Under the pieces are notes generated by a model that saw nothing but the letters and a program-made list of their open reading frames with translations, searched no databases and was not told the origin of the DNA. From Actinomycetes bacterium (GTDB lineage: Bacteria > Actinomycetota > Acidimicrobiia > Acidimicrobiales > Acidimicrobiaceae): DNA of 64,000 bases. Below are positions 27,521 through 36,869 of this stretch, piece by piece. Within the stretch, counting starts at the first letter, position 1. Every line of letters starts with the position of its first letter. The translations under genes and the position numbers were made by a program. The stretch is taken from NCBI GenBank assembly GCA_021799875.1, contig JAJYZP010000003.1, positions 216 through 64,215 on the forward strand, in the 5' to 3' direction.

Positions 27521-28384
27521 CTAGAACTGGCTTTGGAGGTGGAGCGCCGTGAGCGTGGCAACGTGGAAGTTCTCACTTGCTGCGGTGACGACCAAAGGGA
27601 AGCTGCCACTTTGTCCATCTAAACTCCAGCGTGCCATCCAGTCTTGGCGCACCGTAATCGTTGTGTTTCCGGCGCGCTGCCACCGGAGCGTAATCCCGCC
27701 GGTTGGCCATGGATATCCATGGACGAAGGGCCCTTGGAAGGTGGCTCCGCCATTGGTGGAGACGGAGTAGGTAGATGAGGCAGCTATGGAGAGAGTTCCA
27801 AGTGCCGTGGAGTCCGTGAAACCCACCGTATCTTGCCCCTCGGTAACAAGATACGACGGTATGTTGATCACGCCGAAGCCTGGTGGGATGGTAAAGTCCG
27901 GAGTCGGTAAGAGGTGTTCGAACCGTTGCTGCCATATCGAGGACGCAAGTGTGCCAGGGGATGGAGGTGCCGCCGCTACCTGAGTCGGAGTGCACCGCTG
28001 AAAGAGCGTGGCATAGCGGGCCCAGAGGGCCTGTGCATTGTTCAACTCAAGTTGAGCGGCGTATGAGTTTGCCATGGTGATCGTTCGGTAGCTCACGCAG
28101 GCGCTAGCGCGAGAGTTGCCAGCGTGAAACGTTACAAAAGGTACGTAGATGGTGATGGTTGTCGGAGCGGTGGTTCCCTCACTTCCACTCTGTGATCCAG
28201 TGGATCCGCCGGAGATCGTGACTGAGACACCACCATTGCCGCTTCCGGTGGTAATGGTGGTTCCGGTCAAGATAGATGGCTCTACGGTCCGGAGGGGAAG
28301 AGATCGGCTCCAAAGCGAATCCATAACGATGGCCACAGCGACGGTCAAGATGAGCAGTGAGCGTACGCGAAGATAGAGATACAC
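27521..28384 (-). CDS. Hypothetical membrane-anchored / secreted protein
   Basis: GTG start with AAGGAGG 6 nt upstream, N-terminal hydrophobic anchor LLILTVAVAIV, and a Gly/Ser/Thr-rich linker. No recognisable catalytic motif. Confidence 0.6.
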   Translation of the reverse strand: MYLYLRVRSLLILTVAVAIVMDSLWSRSLPLRTVEPSILTGTTITTGSGNGGVSVTISGGSTGSQSGSEGTTAPTTITIYVPFVTFHAGNSRASACVSYRTITMANSYAAQLELNNAQALWARYATLFQRCTPTQVAAAPPSPGTLASSIWQQRFEHLLPTPDFTIPPGFGVINIPSYLVTEGQDTVGFTDSTALGTLSIAASSTYSVSTNGGATFQGPFVHGYPWPTGGITLRWQRAGNTTITVRQDWMARWSLDGQSGSFPLVVTAASENFHVATLTALHLQSQF

Positions 28385-28480
28385 GGGGATCCTCCTTGAT
28401 CAGTGCAGAGACGTCCTGTCTCACCTCATCAATGTAGCCCGTTTCCTACCTCAGCGCTCGCATGGTCGACTGAGTAAGTA

Positions 28481-29254
28481 CTACGCTCCGACAGCATGGA
28501 AGCCACCGTCGACATGGATGATCTCGCCGGTAGTCATGGGAAACCACGACGAGAGCAGCGCAGCGACGGCTCGAGCGACCGGGATGGCATTACTCGGATC
28601 CCAGCCAAGCGGAGCTTTTTGACCCCAAAGGTCCTGGAAGCCACCGAAGGACTCAACCGACCGTGCGGCTATCGTCTTGATCGGTCCAGCGGAGACCAGG
28701 TTGACGCGAATGCCGTCTGGGCCGAGGTCGCGCGCAAGATAACGAGAGAGAGACTCGAGAGCGGCTTTCGCAACTCCCATCCAGTTGTATCCTGGCCATG
28801 CCACCTGTGCATCGAAATCGAGGCCGACAACCGATGAATCACTACCCTTTCGCAAGAGCGGGAGCATCGCTTGGGTCAAGCTTTTGAGTGAGTACGCTGA
28901 GATCTCAATGGCGATCGATACGTCACTCCACTGGGGGTGGAGGATGTCTCCTTCGAGGCACGCTGGCGGTGCGTACCCTATTGAGTGCAGGAGTCCGTCG
29001 AGAGCACCCCAGCGATCGTCGATGTACTGAGCTGCGGCTTCGAGTTGGTCTGGATTTGAGACGTCGAGCTCGATGACCGGGACGCTATCTCCTAGCTTCT
29101 TCGCCACCCTTTCGGTGATCGAGAGCCCACGTCCGAAGCCAGAGAGGACGATCTCGGCGCCCTCTGCTTGGGCAACTTGTGCACTCGCATACGCTATCGA
29201 CGATGTGTTGAGAACTCCTGTGATGAGTACTCGCTTACCTTCCAAGATGCCCAT
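28481..29254 (-). CDS. fabI: Enoyl-[acyl-carrier-protein] reductase (NADH), FabI/InhA type
   Basis: GKRVLITGVLNTSSIAYASA N-terminus and SDR fold with the Y...K pair (NWMGVAKAALES). 257 aa. Confidence 0.9.
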   Translation of the reverse strand: MGILEGKRVLITGVLNTSSIAYASAQVAQAEGAEIVLSGFGRGLSITERVAKKLGDSVPVIELDVSNPDQLEAAAQYIDDRWGALDGLLHSIGYAPPACLEGDILHPQWSDVSIAIEISAYSLKSLTQAMLPLLRKGSDSSVVGLDFDAQVAWPGYNWMGVAKAALESLSRYLARDLGPDGIRVNLVSAGPIKTIAARSVESFGGFQDLWGQKAPLGWDPSNAIPVARAVAALLSSWFPMTTGEIIHVDGGFHAVGA

Positions 29255-29516
29255 GTGTGCTCCAATTTTCCAAGTAGTGACGCTGTACGAGTCTCAAAAG
29301 TAGCGGCTCGAAAACGCAAACGGTCCGTCTGGCTCTCTTGGCGAAGAGCTGCAGGGTCTCTCGATTGCGACCGCTGGCTGTGAGTTTGGTCACCCGTAGC
29401 AGAGCGAGATTGCGAAGGGCACCATCTCTGTCTCCAAAGATGACCCTCACGCTTCGCCGAGGATCAATGCGGTGGTTACGACTCAGTAGCGCATCGCTCG
29501 CGTGAGAGCGATGCGC

Positions 29517-29732
29517 TCACTTACTCTTGCCGAGGTCGGTCGGATTCGTGTGTGTGTCGCGCTCCCTATCGCTGAACCGGAGGGTGGACGAATCTTCTCG
29601 GCGCCCGGAGCGGTGCGACCGAGCTACCTTCGCGAGAGCGATACCGAGACCGACGAGGACCGAGAAGAGAATGAGCGCTAACACGGCCCAGACGTAGGGC
29701 TCCCCAGAGGCACCTGGCATAGGCATCGGCAC
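29517..29732 (-). CDS. Possible small single-pass membrane protein
   Basis: It starts 3 nt after the MFS stop and has one clear TM segment (YVWAVLALILFSVLVGLGIALA) followed by a basic tail. No homology recognised. Confidence 0.35.
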   Translation of the reverse strand: MPMPMPGASGEPYVWAVLALILFSVLVGLGIALAKVARSHRSGRREDSSTLRFSDRERDTHTNPTDLGKSK

Positions 29733-29735
29733 GAC

Positions 29736-31145
29736 TCAGTTGTCCTTCTTTGCGAGCGAGGTCGGAGCCTCGCTGCGAGCGTGTGGGTGCTTGGTATCTT
29801 CGAGATCGCTCGGGCTAGGCGTTGATGCGCCCTGCTGGATAGAGCTTGCCTCTCGGGGAGTTCGGTCGTACAGTGCAGACGCAATCGTTCGTCGGCGAAG
29901 GACGAAGGGTATGCAGGTCACGATAAAAATCGCTCCCGGTGCCGCAAGGGTGATGCCGGGTGAGATGTAGGCAACCAAAGCGCCCCAGCCGATGCTCGCC
30001 AATCCCATCGCTCCGGTTGTCAGGGAGAGCTGTACGCTTGCTACCCTCCCACGCATAGAGTCTCTCGAGACACCTTGGTTCGCTGAGTAGATCCCCGCCA
30101 TGAAAACGGCCTGTGCGGCGCCGGCCAATGCGGACGATAGGACGTCCACTACGACCTCATGGACGAGACCGAGGGTGATCAGAGGTAGTCCGCTCAGCAC
30201 TCCCGATACGAGCAGGATCGTGATAATGCGATGTCGTCGTCCGAGGGCCATCATCACAAGAGGACCGACGACGGAGCCGAGACCGAATGAAGTTAAGAGC
30301 AGTCCGTAAGCGCTCGCATTGCCATGTAGGTTCGTCGTAGCGACGGCAGGGAGAATCCCGATGCTCGCCATGGTCAGACTGCAGTGGAGGCCAACCCAAA
30401 TGAGGAGGGTCCCCAAGGGTCGTTGCTCTGACACGTACGATAGCCCGTCGCGTACTTGCTTGGTCACTCGCAGGCGCTCCGGGGGTAACTTCGGAGCGGT
30501 GACTCGATGTCGGACCCTAAAGAACATGGCCATGCCGACGAGATACAAAGCGGCGCAGGTGAGAAATGCGGCCCCAAGTCCCATAGTCGTGAGAACGATG
30601 GTAGCGAGAGCGGGACCGGTGAGTTCAGCACCTTGTTGTGCAATCCGAGCGGTCATGCTGGCATTCATGAGTCGATCTCGTCCAACGAGATCGGGTATCA
30701 TCGCCTGCCAAGCCGGAGCCTGAATTGAGTTGCCAACTCCGATCGCTGCAGTGAGCACGAGGAGCTCGGCGAGATCGAGCCGGTGGATGAGCGTGAATGC
30801 AAAGGCGATGATGCAGCTGAGAGCATTGATGAGTTGGCCCGTGGCGGCCATGCGAGCGCGATTTCTTCGATCCGCAATACTCCCAGCTATGAGACCGAGG
30901 AACATCGAAGGTACGAGCAGAAGCATGCTAACGGCACTTGGCCAGAGCGAGGAGTGGTGACCAAGTCGATATGCATCCCACCCGGCGACGAAGACGACCG
31001 CGAAACGACCTGAATTGCCGCTGAGGGCAGCTGTCCACACCCATCGGAACGGGCGAATCTCAAATGCGGAGAACATCGCTCGCAGACCAGAGGATTGGAC
31101 GTCGCCGTTTGGAATTGCTTGTGGGCCAGGGCTCTCCAGTTGCAC
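29736..31145 (-). CDS. MFS transporter
   Basis: 12 to 14 hydrophobic segments and an MFS loop motif GSIADRRNR between TM2 and TM3. Confidence 0.85.
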   Translation of the reverse strand: MQLESPGPQAIPNGDVQSSGLRAMFSAFEIRPFRWVWTAALSGNSGRFAVVFVAGWDAYRLGHHSSLWPSAVSMLLLVPSMFLGLIAGSIADRRNRARMAATGQLINALSCIIAFAFTLIHRLDLAELLVLTAAIGVGNSIQAPAWQAMIPDLVGRDRLMNASMTARIAQQGAELTGPALATIVLTTMGLGAAFLTCAALYLVGMAMFFRVRHRVTAPKLPPERLRVTKQVRDGLSYVSEQRPLGTLLIWVGLHCSLTMASIGILPAVATTNLHGNASAYGLLLTSFGLGSVVGPLVMMALGRRHRIITILLVSGVLSGLPLITLGLVHEVVVDVLSSALAGAAQAVFMAGIYSANQGVSRDSMRGRVASVQLSLTTGAMGLASIGWGALVAYISPGITLAAPGAIFIVTCIPFVLRRRTIASALYDRTPREASSIQQGASTPSPSDLEDTKHPHARSEAPTSLAKKDN

Positions 31146-31363
31146 GACGTTCCTTGCTCTCTAGATTCGCCGAAGCGATCGATGCTTCGGCACGATACGG
31201 ATACCAGGTATCGTAACGATAGTCCGATTGAGTCACGACCGAGCGGAGGCGTTATATCGTACTTTTCCATGTTGCAGGACCCGATATCGGAGCTTTGGAC
31301 GGGTCGAACTCGGGGTTCTATCGTGAGAGATCGTGCTCGTTCGCCGATACACCTGCACTTGGG

Positions 31364-31405
31364 TCGTGGTTGGTGGTTGGTGGTTGGTGGTTGGTGGTTG
31401 GTGTG
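31364..31405. repeat. Heptanucleotide microsatellite (TGGTGGT) x about 6
   Basis: Read directly: tcgtggt tggtggt tggtggt tggtggt tggtggt tggtgtg. It lies about 220-260 nt upstream of the MFS start, on the opposite strand to the gene. Confidence 0.9.
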
Positions 31406-31915
31406 AGTGGCGTACTTTTTTGAGTCTATGGATGCTCGCGGCGTCGTCGTGTTGAAGGTGCTTGCCTGTCTTTGCAGTTCACTGGCGATTCGACGTTGAT
31501 CACGGACTAGGAGTATGCGTCCCTCGCGTGATGGTCGCTGATTGGAGCGGTGGGTCACCCACTTCAATACCTTGATCGATATTGTTGTGGACTGGAGATG
31601 AACGGTTGCATGAGTGAGCACCTCTCCTTGGGAGTTGGCAGCAGACTTCGTATCGATCTTGCACGCTTTTTCGAGAGCCTCGCCTCGCCTCACCTCACTT
31701 CTTCTCGTAGTCCAAATCGTGCTCGGCCGCCTTGCGGCTGTGCTCGGTACGGTTCATGTCAAGGTAGTGCTACCTTTGGATCGTTTCGTGTTGGATCTCG
31801 AAGTTCGGCGCAAGGCTTGAGCTCGCGAGATGGAGCGGGCCTTCTGTGGCGAGAAACTGTGTTGTGCCACACAGCACAGCAAGGAGAGCGGTACTCTCCT
31901 GGCTGCTGAGTGGAG

Positions 31916-34618
31916 CTAGCTGGGTGAGTCCGGTGACGATGGTAGTTCGATGCGACGTGCGCCACCAACCGACGAGAATCGTTCGGGATAACACGTAAAG
32001 ATGATGATCTGGCTGTTCGCAGCCACCATGCGAAAGAGGATGCCAAGCTGATCGAGGCGACCTCGATCGCTATTTCCGAGAGCGTCATCCAAGATGATCG
32101 GTGCACCGGTGACGTGATCGAGGCTCGTTGGAGATCGCCCGATGATTTGAGCTACCGCCAGCATGTAGAGCAATGCAATCTGCTCTTGCGCGCCAACGGA
32201 GATTTGGTCGAGCGCTAATGTCGTTCCATGCAGCGTTCTGGTGGTGACGTTGAGGCTCGTGTGATCGAGCGTAACCTCGAAGGGGCTCCCGTAGAGTGCC
32301 GATCCTAGAGCGGAGATCGTCTGCGTCAGAGGCTCGATCAGCCGTTGCCGATCACTGTTTTGGTAGTAGGTGAGGGTTCGGTAGAGCTTGTCGACTGCTC
32401 GTGCTTGTCGATCTGTGATAGCGATGCGAACCGCCAGTATCTCGCGCTCGTGGCGTAGCTGTTCGAGCGTGCTGTAGAGGCCGCTCTCGCCAAGGGCAGA
32501 GAGCTCCCCGGTGAGCCGTTCGATCTTTCGGTCAACCGAGTCCTTTTCCTCTTCGAGCTCGTTGATTCGAAGTACCTCGTTCTCTCGGATGTCGTCGAGC
32601 AGGTCAAAACGAGGGTCACGAAGCTGTTCTCGTAGGTTATCGCAACGACGTTGGCTCTTTTCGAGCTCGGCGGTGGTGAGGAGAACGTTGTTTGCGATCT
32701 GTGAATCTGGTTCGAGTTGGTTCGCTTGGTCAAGCTCGTTTTGGAGGTTCTGGGTTGTCGCTCGAGCGATCTCCCGGAGCTCCTCAGATACCTTGAGCTG
32801 AGAGAGGTACGTCTGATGGGTCGCTTGTGCCTCGGTGACCCGGCGCTCTAGCTCACCGAGATCGCGCTCTGCCTGTGAATACTTCTCGTTCAGCTCGGCG
32901 AGTTGGTCAACGAGGTCGTCGAGCGCTCTGCGATAGGAGATCTCATCGCCCGACTCGATCACGTGCTGAGACGTCCGAATCTCGAGGGCATGTAGTTGCT
33001 CTTGCATGCTCGACAGGGTTGAGTAGCCCGAACTTGTGAAGATCTGATTCAACTGTGTCGTGAGTTGGTCTCGTCGCTCTAGATGATTCTCTCGTTGTCG
33101 AACCGCGGTGCGCGCAAAGAGACCACTCGCTTCGGCCGGTATGGAGTTCGCTGCGCAGAAACTCTGTAGTCCCATGAGTGCACGGTCGTAAGCGCTCTGG
33201 AGCTCTCCAAGGTTCGATCCACCGGTTATCTCGACAGTGGCCAAGTCGCCGAGGGTCATGACGAGTGGGTCGGTCGCAGAAGGGCTAAAGATCTCGTCAG
33301 CGTCGATGTCGTGTGTCTGATCGTTGAATCCAAGTTGAAATGGTCGATGTGCATGAACGGACACACGTGGAAGTTCAACTTCGAGCTTTGCTCGGGTGCT
33401 CGCAGTACGTCGTTCGAGCTCCTCGAGCTCCTCCACGATCTCAGGAGTGACGGTGCACTCTGCCAGGAACTGCTCCGACTCCCGTTGTAGGCTCTGCAGC
33501 TCATCCACCCGCTCTATGAGGTTACGGAGCTGAGTTGCTTCTTGTCGGCGGTAGAGATCGTTGCGCTGATCTTCGATGTTCGTGCGACGTTGAAGCAGCG
33601 GTGCGAGCTCTGCACGTTGACGTTCAGCCTCGCTCGTTGCTTGAGTCAGCGCCTCGTGCTCGACCGTAACTCGTCGCTCAAGCTTCTCACAGGAGCTGTC
33701 TAGGTCTTTAACCTCTTGCGTTGCGGCCAGCAGCCGCTCTTGCAGTCGTGTTCGATTCGTCTCTGCTAGGCGTGCACTTTGATAGTTCGAACGCGCGACG
33801 GTCAGTTCGAGATCCGCAATGAGGAGCTGGTTCTTTAATGCGTTGAGCTCAAGCCAAGTCGCATCGTGCGTCTCGAGCTTTGTGCGATGCTGGTCGAGCT
33901 CGTGCTCTCTGGCTGCAATGCTGGCTCGTAGTCGTTGGAGCTCCTCGCTCTGGCCTTCACAGTGAGCGAGCGCCGCTTCTGTCTCGCTGATCTGTTCCTC
34001 CAGCTTGTGAAGTTGGTGCTCTAATTCCGTTCGAGCTCGCGTTGGCCTGCCTGTTTCGGTGAAGTAGTTGGAGCGCTCCGCGCGGACCAACGTGATGAGC
34101 TCGCTCATACTCGTATTGTCCTTCGTGCTGAGTTCACCCACGGTTGAGTCGAGAGCTGCTCCGAGCGTTTCGCTCTGCGCTGGGGCGTATCCTAGGTGCA
34201 GCGCTCCCTGCTGGTAGCGCAGAGCCTTCCAGAGCGTCTCGTCCAGCGTCTCGTTCAGGATCTCTCTGACTTTGTCATGGGCCTGTCGTCCGGTGAGCGT
34301 GAGCTTGAATGGTTGACGAATCTCAAGCATCGTAGATGGTGACTTGAGCCATCGCTTGGTAAGACTCGCATGATAGGGTCCACTTGAGAACGTCATCGAC
34401 GCCTCCGGTCCAACGTCGCGTCCGATGGGTTGAACGGCCTTGATCGCACTCTTTGTTGAGGAGTCTGGGTCGGAGAGCAGCATGTCGAGAGCGATTAAGA
34501 AGCTACTCTTGCCAACTTCGTTCGGTCCCGAGACGATCGTGACGCCCCGTTCAGCGAAGGTGAGTGTTTCCGATCGAGTGCCTCGAAAGTCTTGCAGCTT
34601 CAGAGAGTGGAGAATCAC
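31916..34618 (-). CDS. SMC/SbcC-like AAA ATPase (YhaN-like), no zinc hook
   Basis: N-terminal Walker A GPNEVGKSS and very long heptad-like coiled-coil sequence. C-terminal ABC signature QISVGAQEQIALLYMLA and Walker B PIILDDALGNSD. No CxxC motif anywhere in the protein. Confidence 0.85.
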   Translation of the reverse strand: MILHSLKLQDFRGTRSETLTFAERGVTIVSGPNEVGKSSFLIALDMLLSDPDSSTKSAIKAVQPIGRDVGPEASMTFSSGPYHASLTKRWLKSPSTMLEIRQPFKLTLTGRQAHDKVREILNETLDETLWKALRYQQGALHLGYAPAQSETLGAALDSTVGELSTKDNTSMSELITLVRAERSNYFTETGRPTRARTELEHQLHKLEEQISETEAALAHCEGQSEELQRLRASIAAREHELDQHRTKLETHDATWLELNALKNQLLIADLELTVARSNYQSARLAETNRTRLQERLLAATQEVKDLDSSCEKLERRVTVEHEALTQATSEAERQRAELAPLLQRRTNIEDQRNDLYRRQEATQLRNLIERVDELQSLQRESEQFLAECTVTPEIVEELEELERRTASTRAKLEVELPRVSVHAHRPFQLGFNDQTHDIDADEIFSPSATDPLVMTLGDLATVEITGGSNLGELQSAYDRALMGLQSFCAANSIPAEASGLFARTAVRQRENHLERRDQLTTQLNQIFTSSGYSTLSSMQEQLHALEIRTSQHVIESGDEISYRRALDDLVDQLAELNEKYSQAERDLGELERRVTEAQATHQTYLSQLKVSEELREIARATTQNLQNELDQANQLEPDSQIANNVLLTTAELEKSQRRCDNLREQLRDPRFDLLDDIRENEVLRINELEEEKDSVDRKIERLTGELSALGESGLYSTLEQLRHEREILAVRIAITDRQARAVDKLYRTLTYYQNSDRQRLIEPLTQTISALGSALYGSPFEVTLDHTSLNVTTRTLHGTTLALDQISVGAQEQIALLYMLAVAQIIGRSPTSLDHVTGAPIILDDALGNSDRGRLDQLGILFRMVAANSQIIIFTCYPERFSSVGGARRIELPSSPDSPS

Positions 34619-35754
34619 GAGAGCTGTCCGTGGAGGTGGTAGAGGAGTGCTACTGCGTCGAGCGCTGCGGAGGCTTCTTCAGCAGGGGACGAGCTTTCTG
34701 CGATGAGGGCGTTGAGAGCTTGAGCAGCGTAGCCATGCAGATCGAGCGTCTCACTTGAAATCTCACCGGGAAGGATCGTGAGGTCACTTCGGCGTTCCCA
34801 GCGAGTGAACCCAGCGAAGAGGGCGTGATAGTCTTCGAGTATCTGTTCGAGTTGCAGGTAGTCCATGAGTTCAAGTGTGCCAGTGAGACTGAGACGGAGC
34901 ACGACTGTGTGTTTGTGGGCGATGGCATCGAGGCGTTCCCGCAACTGGTCGACGCTGACACGGCCGATGAAGTCGGCGGCTAGGTCGATGAAGCGCCACT
35001 GCGATGTCTCACGGGTCTGTAGTGAGACCGTTGCGTCGTCGGCTAGATCAACAAGGAGGACGCTATTGGGTTCAGTCTCGTCGAAATCTGTCACTACCGG
35101 AGTACCTGAGTACCAGCATCGCCCTGTCTCACCTACCTCGGTCCGTGAGTGTCGGTCTCCGAGAGCGACGTAGTGAACGATTGAACTCGTGAGGTACGGC
35201 TCGAGGTCGGAGAGCAAGATTGCTGCGGGATTATCGAATGAGGGAACGATCGTGTCGACTGCGCCATGGCCAACTACGACTCGGTAACGAGCAGAGTCAG
35301 GCCGCACAGCTGTGCACGCTTGGGTGACGAGGTCCATCGTCACTCGCTTAGATGGCCAGGGGGCCGGATAGATCACGCATTCAAGATCGGGAAATTGGAG
35401 CGGTGTTGTGTCGTGAGCCACGACGATCTGTGGTGGGCATGCTGATCGAAACTGTCTCGAGGTATAGATAGACGCTGGATCGCTTGGATCGTGGTTTCCT
35501 GGTACGAGAACCACCGGAACATGGAAGGAACGCAGTGCTTCAAGACAACGAAGGAGGTACTGTCGATCCAAGTAGTTGGACTCAAATACGTCGCCAGCCA
35601 CTACAACGAGATCACAGTGTTCGTTGTCGGCTATGGAGGCGATTCTCGTCACTGCATCGATTCTCTCCTGATCGAACCGTGGATGCGCATCGGAATTGAG
35701 AAAGTGACGCGTCATGCCGAGTTGCCAGTCAGAGGTATGCAAAAGTCTGAGCAT
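34615..35754 (-). CDS. Mre11/SbcD-like metallophosphoesterase nuclease (YhaO-like)
   Basis: Calcineurin-like motifs HTSDWQLG, VVVAGDVFE and LVPGNHD. ATG 35754 has AGGAG upstream. Overlaps the ATPase start by 4 nt. Confidence 0.85.
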   Translation of the reverse strand: MLRLLHTSDWQLGMTRHFLNSDAHPRFDQERIDAVTRIASIADNEHCDLVVVAGDVFESNYLDRQYLLRCLEALRSFHVPVVLVPGNHDPSDPASIYTSRQFRSACPPQIVVAHDTTPLQFPDLECVIYPAPWPSKRVTMDLVTQACTAVRPDSARYRVVVGHGAVDTIVPSFDNPAAILLSDLEPYLTSSIVHYVALGDRHSRTEVGETGRCWYSGTPVVTDFDETEPNSVLLVDLADDATVSLQTRETSQWRFIDLAADFIGRVSVDQLRERLDAIAHKHTVVLRLSLTGTLELMDYLQLEQILEDYHALFAGFTRWERRSDLTILPGEISSETLDLHGYAAQALNALIAESSSPAEEASAALDAVALLYHLHGQLS

Positions 35755-36224
35755 CAAAATCTCCTCTTGAAGGATGCGGTCTAGCGTAGGTGGTGACAGT
35801 GACAGAGAGGTAGAGTCGCAGAGCATTCACCGCGAGCTCGACTGGCTCCATTGCGTCGCCAGCTCGATTCAGACTCTCCTTTTCATAGGCCAGGGACCCA
35901 CACGGTGTCCGACGCGCAGGGCTGCTCTTGAATCTGTGCGCGTAGCGTCACGCTTGTCGTCATTTGGATTCAACGACTCTCAATCAAGTCGGTCATGATG
36001 AGATCCGAATGCGCCAAAGATGGAGGTGATGTCGTTGAGTACTCCCGATAGCGCAGAGGTCGGTCACCTCCCTATGGCGTCGTTTGTGCACTCTTGTTGG
36101 AGAGAGAAGGAGGGACCATCTGGCCCGGTACTGACTCCTACGCTCCCTGCTCACTGCGGACTCTCGTACCTTTGGGGAAGGCACGCCACAGAGGTGTTGG
36201 GTGACCCGATGCGCTGTACGTGGT

Positions 36225-36869
36225 TTATCGCTGCTGATTCGTTGTTGCAGAGCGTTGCGTTAGCGAAGCGAGTGCGCTGGTGACGTGGTTTGAGACTGTG
36301 GAGTAGAGCTGTTTCAGCTCCGTTTCAGAGGAGTGAGATGAAGGGTCAGGGACGTTGATCTCGGTGAGTACCGATGCGATGCTCACCACCGATTGGGCCA
36401 ATATCGCCGCGCTGATGCAGTCTCCGATCAGATTCGGATTCCCAGTCACGGCGATCTCTGCCGCTAGTGCGCTCACCTCTGTTGCGAGCTCTGCCAGCTC
36501 GTACGGTACTCGATTTGCGAGTGAGAGCGCCAACGCGAGTGCCGGCGACTCCGTGGAGGGATCGTCTCCATCTCGCTGCTTTCGTCGAGCTTCGATAACT
36601 TTCGCGTAGTGTTCTGGGTCTTCGTTGCAAAGTTCCATGGCGCGATCTCGTAGGAGGATCGCTCTGCGGTCTAAGTCATCGCTTCGTAGGAGGTGTTTGG
36701 CGGAGAGCTTGGCGGCCTTCGAGGTCAATGATGCCGCAAGAGCGGCTACATTCGCGGCGGCTGAGCCGGCAGCTGGGGCCGGTCCTGCTTCGCTCATCAC
36801 AGCTAGAAACTCAGCGATACCGTAGCGTTCGTAGTGGTACCCCTTAGCTGAGTCCAATGATCTCACCAT
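36225..36869 (-). CDS. fchA: Cyclodeaminase/cyclohydrolase family protein (FTCD C-terminal domain, methenyl-THF cyclohydrolase-like)
   Basis: AEFLAVMSEAGPAPAAGSAAANVAALAASLTSKAAKLS matches the N-terminal helix and PxPGGGS-type motif of FTCD_C proteins. Start uncertain: ATG 36869 overlaps fhs by 26 nt, and ATG 36797 is the alternative. Confidence 0.7.
   Translation of the reverse strand: MVRSLDSAKGYHYERYGIAEFLAVMSEAGPAPAAGSAAANVAALAASLTSKAAKLSAKHLLRSDDLDRRAILLRDRAMELCNEDPEHYAKVIEARRKQRDGDDPSTESPALALALSLANRVPYELAELATEVSALAAEIAVTGNPNLIGDCISAAILAQSVVSIASVLTEINVPDPSSHSSETELKQLYSTVSNHVTSALASLTQRSATTNQQR

Noticed and set aside
30887-31693. 268-aa minus-strand ORF running from the non-coding gap through the heptamer repeat into the MFS gene
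   Set aside because: It is out of frame with the MFS gene and translates the microsatellite as TNHQPPTTNHQP. It has no RBS or domain signal and is an artefact of an open frame.
31916-35754. The SMC-like ATPase plus Mre11-like nuclease, considered as an anti-phage defence island
   Set aside because: No accessory defence genes, mobile-element genes or compositional shift surround it. The architecture fits the housekeeping YhaO/YhaN or SbcCD-type repair complex. It is retained only as a moderate-interest classification question.
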